14,957 nt of DNA from Fidelibacterota bacterium (GTDB taxonomy: Bacteria > Fidelibacterota > Marinisomatia > Marinisomatales > S15-B10): contig JBHIAI010000038.1 of NCBI GenBank assembly GCA_046861655.1, forward strand, positions 1 through 14,957, in the 5' to 3' direction. Position numbers and translations under genes: made by a program. The notes beneath the pieces are model-generated. The model had not been told where the DNA came from. It saw only the letters and a list, made by a program, of their open reading frames with translations, and searched no databases. Positions 7,002 through 14,956 of this stretch are shown here, one piece after another. The stretch's first letter is position 1, and every line of letters starts with the position of its first letter.

Positions 7002-7027
7002 GTTCGTTTTGAATATTCCGAATGAAC
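7002..7027. promoter_or_regulatory. Imperfect 26-bp palindrome, possible regulator-binding site upstream of the sigma-54 promoter
   Basis: gttcgttttgaat|attccgaatgaac, with 10 of 13 positions symmetric, centred on GAATATTC (7011-7018). Confidence 0.35.
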
Positions 7028-7037
7028 ATTTTGACTA

Positions 7038-7053
7038 TGGCACGGGATTTGCA
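7038..7053 (+). promoter_or_regulatory. Sigma-54 (-24/-12) promoter
   Basis: TGGCACG-GGAT-TTGCA matches the TGGCACG-N4-TTGCW consensus with exact GG-N10-GC spacing. It is intergenic, follows an AT-rich tract, and predicts +1 near 7064, 33 nt before GTG 7097. Confidence 0.8.
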
Positions 7054-7096
7054 CATCAGTGGGCGGGTTGCGTATCGTAGTTATGGAGGAGACGCC

Positions 7097-7957
7097 GTGA
7101 AAAATCTCGTTCCCCTGCCCGTTTTGGCACTGTCGTTATGGGCTCTGATCGCCCTGACAGGATGCTACACACAACTGGTGACGTACGACCGGGTTTCGGT
7201 CATGAGCCTTGAACCCGGTCGCCCGTATGTCGATTACGATTCCGGCGACACCCTCCGGGCCGAAACGGAGCCGGCCGATACCGTTGTTCACGAACATTAC
7301 TGGGCAGATCCGTGGGCTGGCCCCTGGGTCGGCTACCCACCCTACTACGACCCGGGCTTTCATGTGGGCTTCAGTTTCTACTTGGGGGATCCTTTCTGGT
7401 ATCCCTGGTGCTACCGGCCTTACTGGTCCCACCGCTGGTACGGATGGCGGTACGGTTACACTCCCTACGGGTGGGACCCTTTCTGGTATGATCCATTCTA
7501 CACCTATGGTGGGTACTACACCGGGTTCTGGTACCCGTACTGGGGATGGGTGGGCCCCTACACGATCTATGATGACGATCCCGTCCCCAGGAAAAAACGT
7601 GATTGGGACCGGCGTGCGGAGGGTCCGCTGGATCACTCAACCCGGACTCGTTCGTCAGGGACCGTGGAGAAGAAAGTCCCCGGCACCGAATCGACGCAAG
7701 GCACCCGTCAGGGTGGTGTCGACCGGGTGGAACGGGGTATCGTTCGGACCCTCCCAGGAAGCGGAGACTCAAGACGGAGCTCCTCACCCCGGGTCAGCCG
7801 CCGGTCCCCCGGCGGTGGCAAAAGCCATTCAACGACTACAAGCGTGACCCGGTCCCGTCCCAGCGTTTCCCGGTCGTCGGGGCATCGAACCAGCGGACGC
7901 AGCCGGTCCGGCAGTTCACACAGGAGCCCCGGCTCAAGGTCCCGCAGTGGAAATTAG
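7097..7957 (+). CDS. Lipoprotein with Tyr/Trp/Pro/Gly-rich core and Ser/Arg-rich disordered tail
   Basis: SD GGAGGAG (7085-7091) before in-frame GTG 7097. Signal peptide with lipobox LTGC. Aromatic-rich segment (YWADPWAGPWVGYPPYYDPG...WYPYWGW) and S/R low-complexity C-terminus. The ORF-track start at 7022 lies upstream of the predicted promoter. Confidence 0.75.
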   Translation: MKNLVPLPVLALSLWALIALTGCYTQLVTYDRVSVMSLEPGRPYVDYDSGDTLRAETEPADTVVHEHYWADPWAGPWVGYPPYYDPGFHVGFSFYLGDPFWYPWCYRPYWSHRWYGWRYGYTPYGWDPFWYDPFYTYGGYYTGFWYPYWGWVGPYTIYDDDPVPRKKRDWDRRAEGPLDHSTRTRSSGTVEKKVPGTESTQGTRQGGVDRVERGIVRTLPGSGDSRRSSSPRVSRRSPGGGKSHSTTTSVTRSRPSVSRSSGHRTSGRSRSGSSHRSPGSRSRSGN

Positions 7958-7976
7958 GTCGTCAGCCAGCAAGGTC

Positions 7977-9356
7977 ATGAAGCACCTGAACATCCTCAAG
8001 GCCTTACTTCTCTGGTGTCTGACGGGCGTCCTCCTTCATGCCCAGAGTGCCTACGATGCAATCCGCCTCACCCAGGGCGAGATGGGATTCGGTTCCCGCG
8101 CCCTGGCCATGGGAGGTGCCTACGCCGGTCTGGCTGACGACTATACCGCTGTGTACTGGAATCCCGCCGGTCTGGGATTGATGAAGAAATACCAGTTTTT
8201 CGCGGAATTCTCAAACCTGAGCTTCACCAACCGGGCCCTGTTCGCCAGAGAACTGACGGTGGACACCCAGACCTATACCCGCCTGAGGTCCATGGGCCTT
8301 GCCGTACCCGTTCCCACCCGCCGGGGAAGCCTGGTCTTGGCCGTGGGGTACAACCGGATCCTGAGTTTCGATGACAACCTGGTGTTTTCCGGATTCAGCA
8401 GCGAGTCCAACGGCCTGGCGTTCGATATTACCGATGACAGGGACATAACGGACACCTATCCCTTCGACAGGAACGTGACCCGCAGCGAAAACGTTACCAG
8501 CGAGGGGGGACTCAGGCAGTTGACCGCCGGTGCTGCCTTAGCCCTGTCACCCCGTTTCCTTGTGGGTGCCGCCGTCAATTATGTTGTGGGAGCTGAAGAC
8601 TACCATTCTCGGTTCGTTCAGGATGACACTCAGGACCAGTATACCCTCTACCCGGGTGACTTCCACAGGTACCAGATGGACCGGTATCTTCAGTCCACCC
8701 ACAGAGCCCTGGTCCTAAGAATCGGTGGACTCATTCACCTGAAACGGGGCCTCCGGATCGGAGGAGCGGCGACCCTTCCTTCCCCGTATCATGTACAAGA
8801 AGTCCATTCCAGCGCCGATGAACTGACGTTCGATGATGGATTCGTGGACGAGGCAGAAGACAATGGCCAGTGGGACTACACCGTTTCCACCCCCCCTGTC
8901 CTGGACGCCGGGATGTCCCAGAGGATCGGATTCCTGACCCTGTCCGCCTCCCTGAGATACCGGGACTGGTCCCAGACCCGGTTCAGGGTTTCAGGAAACG
9001 ATCTGGCAGACTCCGACTACCGGCAGCTCCTGGAAGAAAATGCCGTCATTCGTCAGGACTACCGCCCCACTCTGGAATACCGCCTGGGTGGAGAAATCTC
9101 CCTGAGACCCGTCGGAACAACCATCAGGGGCGGATACGCCCTCCTTCCGTCACCTCTCCGCCAGGCCGGAGCGGAGCGGGACCGGGAATTCCTCACCGGT
9201 GGATTCAGCTACGCTCTGGACAGAGATGTTCACCTGGACATGACGTATCTATTTGGCCGGTGGGAACGGGAAACCCGGGACAGCTTCACCCCCGGGGGTA
9301 CCCTTGAGGATATTACCATCGGCAAGCTGCTCGTAGGCCTTTCCTACGATTTCTGA
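7977..9356 (+). CDS. OmpP1/FadL-family outer-membrane transport protein
   Basis: Signal peptide from ATG 7977 (MKHLNILKALLLWCLTGVLLHA-Q). Family motif GSRALAMGGAYAGLADDYTAVYWNPAGL, alternating beta-strand pattern and terminal LSYDF. Confidence 0.85.
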   Translation: MKHLNILKALLLWCLTGVLLHAQSAYDAIRLTQGEMGFGSRALAMGGAYAGLADDYTAVYWNPAGLGLMKKYQFFAEFSNLSFTNRALFARELTVDTQTYTRLRSMGLAVPVPTRRGSLVLAVGYNRILSFDDNLVFSGFSSESNGLAFDITDDRDITDTYPFDRNVTRSENVTSEGGLRQLTAGAALALSPRFLVGAAVNYVVGAEDYHSRFVQDDTQDQYTLYPGDFHRYQMDRYLQSTHRALVLRIGGLIHLKRGLRIGGAATLPSPYHVQEVHSSADELTFDDGFVDEAEDNGQWDYTVSTPPVLDAGMSQRIGFLTLSASLRYRDWSQTRFRVSGNDLADSDYRQLLEENAVIRQDYRPTLEYRLGGEISLRPVGTTIRGGYALLPSPLRQAGAERDREFLTGGFSYALDRDVHLDMTYLFGRWERETRDSFTPGGTLEDITIGKLLVGLSYDF

Positions 9357-9454
9357 TTTCCCTCTGACGCCGTTTTCGATCTTTCCGGATTCACCACCCC
9401 GGTCAATCGCGGTGCTTGGAGGCTGGCCGGTATTCACTAAATTACCCACGGGTC

Positions 9455-10027
9455 ATGAAACCGTCTTCGGTGACTTTCCATCCTCTCACACCCGACCGCT
9501 GGTCCGACCTGGAGAAGCTTTTCGGTCCCAGAGGAGCCTACGGGGGATGCTGGTGCATGTGGTGGCGGGAAACTCGAAGGGAATTCGAAGAGAAAGCCGG
9601 CGAAGGCAACCGGAAAGCTTTCCAAACCCTGGTGGCCTCCGGTGAAGTCCCCGGCATACTTGCCTACGAAAAAGGGGATCCTGTGGGGTGGTGTTCCGTC
9701 TGCCCCCGGGAATCTCTCCCTTCTCTGAACCGTTCGCGGGTGCTCAAAAGGATCGATGATACGCCCGTGTGGTCCATCGTCTGCTTCTACGTGAGCAAAG
9801 AGCACCGCAACGAGGGAATGATGTCCGACCTGATCGACGGCGCGATTCAGTACGTGAAAAGCCGGGGCGGAAAAGTCGTGGAGGCCTACCCCACCGTGGA
9901 TCGAGGACGCCGTCTTCCCCCTGTCTCCTCCTACATGGGAATCCCCTCCGCGTTTGAGAATGCTGGCTTCAAGGAATGTGCCCGGCCCTCCCGGTCCAGG
10001 GTTGTCATGAGGTATACAATCCCGTGA
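9455..10027 (+). CDS. GNAT-family N-acetyltransferase
   Basis: GGCWCMWWR, GILAY..PVGWCSV, WSIVCFYVSKEHRNEGMMSDLI (acetyl-CoA motif A-like), VEAYP, FENAGFKE. ATG 9455 preferred over TTG 9416. Confidence 0.85.
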   Translation: MKPSSVTFHPLTPDRWSDLEKLFGPRGAYGGCWCMWWRETRREFEEKAGEGNRKAFQTLVASGEVPGILAYEKGDPVGWCSVCPRESLPSLNRSRVLKRIDDTPVWSIVCFYVSKEHRNEGMMSDLIDGAIQYVKSRGGKVVEAYPTVDRGRRLPPVSSYMGIPSAFENAGFKECARPSRSRVVMRYTIP

Positions 10028-10953
10028 GCAAGCGGTCCGGGCTCACTGTGATCATCGCTGCCCTCTTAAGTTGCACCCAGAATCCCGGGTCGCCCCATAT
10101 TCCCGTCAACATCGCCGCCCTTTACTCCCATGTCAACTTTCTCAGTTCTCTTCCCGCGCCCAGAAATTCTGAGAACCTGACTTCCCTCAATGCGGCTGCC
10201 CACTATGTTGATTCCGTGTTCAGCGCTGTGTGTTCTCACGTGAAGAATCAAACTTTTCCCGTGGAGGGAACAGAATACCAGAATGTCATCTGTACGTTCG
10301 GTCAGGGGAAAAACCCCACCGTCGTCGTAGGAGCCCATTACGATGTGGCCGGTGACCAACCCGGGGCCGATGACAACGCCAGCGGTGTGGCTGCCCTGCT
10401 GGAGGTGGCCTGGCTTCTGAACAATCTGAAACCTGAACTAACCCACAGGATTGAACTGGTCGCTTACACCCTGGAGGAGCCGCCCTATTTCGGTACGGAA
10501 TTCATGGGCAGCGCCGTTCACGCCCGGGCCCTGAACGAAGAAGACACGGATGTGAAAGCCGTGATCGCACTGGATATGATCGGATACTTTGATCCCGAAC
10601 CGCGTCGCATACGACTGCCTCTCGGCCTTTCTTATCCCATGTCTCGCGACTTCATCGGGGTGGTAGGGAGACTGTCCGACCTTCGCACCGCGTCCATAAT
10701 CAAACGGTGGATGCGACGGGGATCGGGCATTGAGGTCCATCAGGCGAGTATTCCTCCCTCCTGGGTAAAATGGGTGTCATGGTCCGACCACCGCAACTAC
10801 TGGACCTACGGATACCCGGCGGTGCTCATCACGGATACCTCGTTCTACCGGAACCCCCACTATCACAAGAAAACCGACACGGTCGACACCCTCGATTTCA
10901 GCCAGATGGCAGAAGTGGTGAAAGGAGTATACTGGGCAGTCGTCAACCTTTGA
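10024..10953 (+). CDS. M28-family metallopeptidase, probable lipoprotein
   Basis: VVGAHYD, GADDNASGVA, LEEPP, LDMIGY, SDHRNY and YHKKTD are M28 zinc motifs. GTG 10024 overlaps the GNAT stop (GTGA). Lipobox-like LLSC. Confidence 0.88.
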   Translation: MSKRSGLTVIIAALLSCTQNPGSPHIPVNIAALYSHVNFLSSLPAPRNSENLTSLNAAAHYVDSVFSAVCSHVKNQTFPVEGTEYQNVICTFGQGKNPTVVVGAHYDVAGDQPGADDNASGVAALLEVAWLLNNLKPELTHRIELVAYTLEEPPYFGTEFMGSAVHARALNEEDTDVKAVIALDMIGYFDPEPRRIRLPLGLSYPMSRDFIGVVGRLSDLRTASIIKRWMRRGSGIEVHQASIPPSWVKWVSWSDHRNYWTYGYPAVLITDTSFYRNPHYHKKTDTVDTLDFSQMAEVVKGVYWAVVNL

Positions 10954-10994
10954 GAAAACCAAACAATAGAAGAGAGAATCAAGGAGGTGACACC

Positions 10995-11435
10995 ATGCGA
11001 ATCCTGTCAACATCTGTGGTAGTCCTTTTTGTCCTGAGCGGGCTCAGCATAAAGGCCCAGGAGATGACCGTCCCCCAACCCGAGGGACCCACCCCCCTTT
11101 GGGTCAGGTTCTCCATTCACCTGGAACTGGACCAGGATGAAGAAAGTATGTTGGGCCTGCCCGTAGACCTGTTTCAGCGAGTCGCTGAGGAAGCCTCCCT
11201 GAGGGATTTTCACGTTCACGATGTGAGAAGAGGATACCGTTCCCGGATCACGTTTGAATTTCCCACCATGGAGGCCTTCAATGCCTGGTACGGGTCCCCG
11301 TCCACCGAAATCCTGTTGCGGACCCTGGAAGACAGGAGTACCGCCATGGAGGTGAACCTGGCGGCGGGAAAAAAGGGCATGCCCCCTCATATGCATGACA
11401 GAATGAAGGGGCACGGACCCGGGATGAAAGAATGA
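10995..11435 (+). CDS. Hypothetical secreted protein (146 aa) with His/Met-rich C-terminal tail
   Basis: Strong SD AAGGAGGTGA (10981-10990) before in-frame ATG 10995. Signal peptide MRILSTSVVVLFVLSGLSIKA-Q. Tail GMPPHMHDRMKGHGPGMKE. Confidence 0.75.
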   Translation: MRILSTSVVVLFVLSGLSIKAQEMTVPQPEGPTPLWVRFSIHLELDQDEESMLGLPVDLFQRVAEEASLRDFHVHDVRRGYRSRITFEFPTMEAFNAWYGSPSTEILLRTLEDRSTAMEVNLAAGKKGMPPHMHDRMKGHGPGMKE

Positions 11436-11442
11436 GGCTCCT

Positions 11443-11940
11443 TTGATCCGGTACACGCGGTTCTCCTCTCCCATGGGAAGCATGCTCCTGGCCAGGTCCG
11501 GGGTGGGCGTTTGCCGGATCTGCCTGCCCAATGAAAGGGAACCTTCCCTTTTCGCCTGGTTTGACAAGCGGTTCCCCGGCGAACGGGTGGTAGAGGACCC
11601 GGAATCTCTTCGTGTAGCCAGGAACGAACTCACTGCCTATTTTCGGGGAGAGCTGAAGGAATTCTCATTCTCCCTTGATCTGCAGGTGACACCCTTTCAG
11701 CGCCGGGTGCTGGACAGAGTCCGTGAGATTCCTTACGGGCGGACTGCGTCCTACAAACAGATCGCAGGGCTGATAGGAAACAGTTCAGGGGTCCGAGCCG
11801 CGGCAGGGGCCGTGGCTCACAATCCGCTCCCCGTCGTCATTCCCTGCCACCGGGTCATTGCCCACGATGGGTCTCTGCGGGGATACGGCGGCGGACTTCC
11901 CCTGAAGCGCAGACTCCTCCGGCTGGAAGGGGCACTCTAA
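11443..11940 (+). CDS. ogt: Methylated-DNA--protein-cysteine methyltransferase
   Basis: Active-site IPCHRV; TPFQRRV, IPYGRTASY, RAAAGAVAHNPL, GYGGGLPLKRRLL. TTG start. Confidence 0.93.
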   Translation: MIRYTRFSSPMGSMLLARSGVGVCRICLPNEREPSLFAWFDKRFPGERVVEDPESLRVARNELTAYFRGELKEFSFSLDLQVTPFQRRVLDRVREIPYGRTASYKQIAGLIGNSSGVRAAAGAVAHNPLPVVIPCHRVIAHDGSLRGYGGGLPLKRRLLRLEGAL

Positions 11941-11992
11941 GATCGGACTGATTGTGGAATTTTCCGGACGGATGTAACTTTGATCTCGGTAC

Positions 11993-12598
11993 GTGATGGC
12001 CGGACTATTTAGAAGAATCCGCGGGAAGATCGTGGCGGGGCTGGTGACCATCATCCCCATCGCCGCCACGGTCTACATCATCAGGTTTCTTTTCAACCTG
12101 TTCGACAATTTCCCTTTCCTCGACAAAATCCTGCCGGTGCGGATTCCGGGCCTGGGCGTGATCGTTTCCCTTGTGGTCCTGTTTCTACTGGGGGTTCTCG
12201 TGACGAATTTCCTGGGAAGAAAACTCATCCAATGGGGAGAATGGATCCTGAGGAAAATACCCGTAGCCAGCACGGTGTATGAAACAACCAAACAGATTAC
12301 CCAGGCCATGGGCGGATCGACCACCCGGGCGTTCCAGAAAGGGGTTTGGATTGAGTATCCCCGCCGCGGAGTATGGACCCTGGCCTTCGTCACCGGAGAG
12401 TCCACCGGCGTCGGTGGCGGGGAATACTACCACCTGTTCGTCCCCACCACGCCCAACCCCACCTCTGGATTCATGCTTGTGATTCCCAAGACCGATACCA
12501 TCGATAGTAAGATGTCTGTGGAAGGGGCCCTAAAGGCCATCATTTCCGGAGGGATGCTTGCGCCCGGTGAGAATATGATTGGATCCAGGGGGAAATGA
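11993..12598 (+). CDS. DUF502-family membrane protein
   Basis: AGLVTIIPIAAT, IPVASTVY, IEYPRRGVW, FVPTTPNPTSGF and IISGG motifs; two N-terminal TM segments. Start GTG 11993 or ATG 11996. Confidence 0.88.
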   Translation: MMAGLFRRIRGKIVAGLVTIIPIAATVYIIRFLFNLFDNFPFLDKILPVRIPGLGVIVSLVVLFLLGVLVTNFLGRKLIQWGEWILRKIPVASTVYETTKQITQAMGGSTTRAFQKGVWIEYPRRGVWTLAFVTGESTGVGGGEYYHLFVPTTPNPTSGFMLVIPKTDTIDSKMSVEGALKAIISGGMLAPGENMIGSRGK

Positions 12599-12602
12599 CA
12601 AA

Positions 12603-12660
12603 CCAGTTCGGGAAGCCAAGTGGGGTTAAGGAGGGTGAGACAGACAGCCCCCCGAACTGG
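12603..12660. repeat. Intergenic inverted repeat (10 bp perfect, 16 bp with G-U on the - strand)
   Basis: ccagttcggg (12603-12612) / cccgaactgg (12651-12660). Extends to 12618/12645 with G-U pairs if read on the - strand. Confidence 0.7.
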
Positions 12661-12743
12661 CTGTAGCACCCTACTTTACTCTTTTACTGTGAAAAAGTTC
12701 CCGGTCAGAAGCCCGGTTTCCACCCCCTTCGCAGGATAGCCCT

Positions 12744-13388
12744 ATGATTCAAATCGCCGTGATCCTCCTTGCGTATTTCGTCGGGTCCATCCCCACGGGA
12801 CTGGTGGTTGGCAGGGTGGTGGGAGGAGTGGATATCCGCAAGCAGGGCAGCGGGAATCCGGGGGTGACGAACGTCTTTCGGGTCCTGGGATGGAAACCGG
12901 CCGTGGTGGTAGCCGTGGTGGATATCTCAAAAGGATACATTGCCGCCGCTACCCTCGGATCCCTTTCGGGAGAGACGTCCGATCTCATGCCTGTCCTGGC
13001 CGGTGCCGCCGCCGTCCTGGGACATACCTACACCGTGTTTGCCGGTTTCCGGGGAGGAAAAGGTATCGCCACCCTGACGGGCATGCTCATCGCCCTCTAT
13101 CCGGCAGCCATCCCCGTTTGCCTTCTGGTTTTTACCCTGGCCGTGGTGACCACAGGATACGTTTCCGTGGCTTCCCTGGGAGCGGGCGTGACGTTACCGC
13201 TGGTGGTGTTTGTCCTTCCCGGACTGGGGTTTCAAGAGGCGGGCCTGGCCCTGAAGACGTTTTCCCTCACCATCCCCCTGTTCGTCCTGTTCACTCACAG
13301 AACGAACGTACGCCGCCTGGTCTCAGGAACGGAAAACCGGTTCGAAAAGGCCATGATCCTCCGCCGTGCTCGTAAGAAGCCGGAATAG
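12744..13388 (+). CDS. plsY: Glycerol-3-phosphate 1-O-acyltransferase PlsY
   Basis: AYFVGSIPTG, DIRKQGSGNPGVTNVFR, DISKG, LGHTY..F.GFRGGKGIAT, GYVSVAS, HRTNVRRLVSGTE. Confidence 0.95.
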   Translation: MIQIAVILLAYFVGSIPTGLVVGRVVGGVDIRKQGSGNPGVTNVFRVLGWKPAVVVAVVDISKGYIAAATLGSLSGETSDLMPVLAGAAAVLGHTYTVFAGFRGGKGIATLTGMLIALYPAAIPVCLLVFTLAVVTTGYVSVASLGAGVTLPLVVFVLPGLGFQEAGLALKTFSLTIPLFVLFTHRTNVRRLVSGTENRFEKAMILRRARKKPE

Positions 13389-13417
13389 GCCCGCCGGAAT
13401 GATGAGGAGTCCATCGT

Positions 13418-14956
13418 CTAGAGTATCTCTCCGGCCCTCTCCGCCAACATCAGTTGCCTCACCAGGGGAATGGGCGGGGCACCGAACGACAGCAGGGTGT
13501 CGTGGAACTTCTTTAACGTGGCCCCTTTGCCCTCCTGCTTCTTCCAATCCTCCCGGAGCTTCAGGATCATCAACTTCCCCAGGGTGTAGTTGAGATAACC
13601 AGGATCGAAGGTCCCCCGCTCTGCTTCTTTCCTGGCAGGCGTCTCCGCCATGAACGCATTTTCCATGAAAAACCTGGTGGCCTCATCCACCGTCATTCCC
13701 CAGGTGTGCATCTTGATGGAACAGATGTACCGGCAGTTCCGGACCAGGGCTTCCGACAGCTGAGCCAGATGGTACCGGGGCTCATCTCTGTGCCACCCTT
13801 GTTCTATCATCATCTCTTCCGTATAGTGAGCCCACCCCTCCCAGAAGGCGTAGCTCCCGGCAATCTTGGCCACTTTCGACGGTGCCGAAAGGGTGTGCAA
13901 GAAGTGGACGTAATGGCCAGGATAGGCCTCATGGATTGAAACGTTATCCAGGGTTGCATAGTCGAACTTGGTTAGCCACTCTTTCTTCTGCTTCTCGCTC
14001 CAATGGGGATCCACGTTGGTCACATAGTAATAGGACTCCGTTACCTTTCTTTCGAAGGGCCCCGGTGTATCACAGATGGCAAAGGCCCATCTCAAGAAGG
14101 GCGGTGTTTCTTCCACCTGAATCCTGACATCCGAAGGTACGGTCACGATATCCTCGTCGATAAGGAATTGCCGGATGGCCTCCAGCATCTTCTCCGTTTC
14201 CTTCACCAAACGTTCCGATGAAGGATGATCCCGCGAAACCTCCAGCATCACGTCCCGGGGATCCTTTCCTGGCATCATCTCAGCCGCTATTTCCCTGAAT
14301 TTCCCCGCGTTTCGCTCCAGATCCCTTTCCCCTATCCTCAATAAATCGTCCAGCTCCATTTCCACCATCTCGCTGTCCTTCAGCATGTCGATGAAATTGA
14401 AGCGTCCTATGGCGAAGTCGTCCCTGGCGTTGGGCATGAGTTCCTGTTCTGCATAGTCGATGAACCTGTCCAGGGCATTGGCGGCCGCCGAGGCGGCACG
14501 GGAGAGCTTCTCCTTGAGACTCGCGTCCCTCAGTCTGGTGAACGCCCTCGGGACGTCCTCCCGGTAGAAGTCCCGGTATCCCCTGTAGCTGTCGAGAGTC
14601 GTCTGAAGATTCACCCTGGGCTGCTCGGGCACAAGGTTGAACCGCTGCTGTTCCAGTAGATGAGGAACCTTCTTCAGGTGGGCCAACGTGTGCTCAGCTC
14701 TCGTCTTGGGAGGGGCGTACTTGCGCTTAAGATACCCACTCACATCAAGATGGTGCCCATACGCGTGGGGGTCCTCCGCCCACCATCTGAGCTGCTGCAT
14801 CTTGAATCGTTCGTACGCGATGGTGAGTCTCAACTGGGTCAGATCGGCCTGGTCCTGATGAGAGAGGTCCTGCTCCTGGAGACGATCGACTTCGATCTCG
14901 TAGAATTGGAGTCGCTTCAGGAAACCCAATAAACTTTCAAATGACAGGTCGGGAAA
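13418..14956 (-). CDS. DUF885-family protein (5'-truncated by the window edge)
   Basis: SIHEAYPGHYVH, FWEGWAHYTE, YLNYTLGKLMILKLRE, FHDTLLSFGAPP. The frame stays open upstream of TTG 14929 to the window end (FPDLSFESL). Confidence 0.88.
   Translation of the reverse strand, partial: FPDLSFESLLGFLKRLQFYEIEVDRLQEQDLSHQDQADLTQLRLTIAYERFKMQQLRWWAEDPHAYGHHLDVSGYLKRKYAPPKTRAEHTLAHLKKVPHLLEQQRFNLVPEQPRVNLQTTLDSYRGYRDFYREDVPRAFTRLRDASLKEKLSRAASAAANALDRFIDYAEQELMPNARDDFAIGRFNFIDMLKDSEMVEMELDDLLRIGERDLERNAGKFREIAAEMMPGKDPRDVMLEVSRDHPSSERLVKETEKMLEAIRQFLIDEDIVTVPSDVRIQVEETPPFLRWAFAICDTPGPFERKVTESYYYVTNVDPHWSEKQKKEWLTKFDYATLDNVSIHEAYPGHYVHFLHTLSAPSKVAKIAGSYAFWEGWAHYTEEMMIEQGWHRDEPRYHLAQLSEALVRNCRYICSIKMHTWGMTVDEATRFFMENAFMAETPARKEAERGTFDPGYLNYTLGKLMILKLREDWKKQEGKGATLKKFHDTLLSFGAPPIPLVRQLMLAERAGEIL

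Noticed and set aside
7022..7096. ORF-track N-terminal extensions (7022; likewise 7947, 9416, 9976, 10770)
   Set aside because: Downstream starts give better SD, signal-peptide or coupling context, and the extensions overlap promoters or neighbouring genes.
13379..13400. 8-bp direct repeat GCCGGAAT at the plsY/DUF885 junction
   Set aside because: Too short, nothing between the copies suggests an insertion, and it is compatible with chance.
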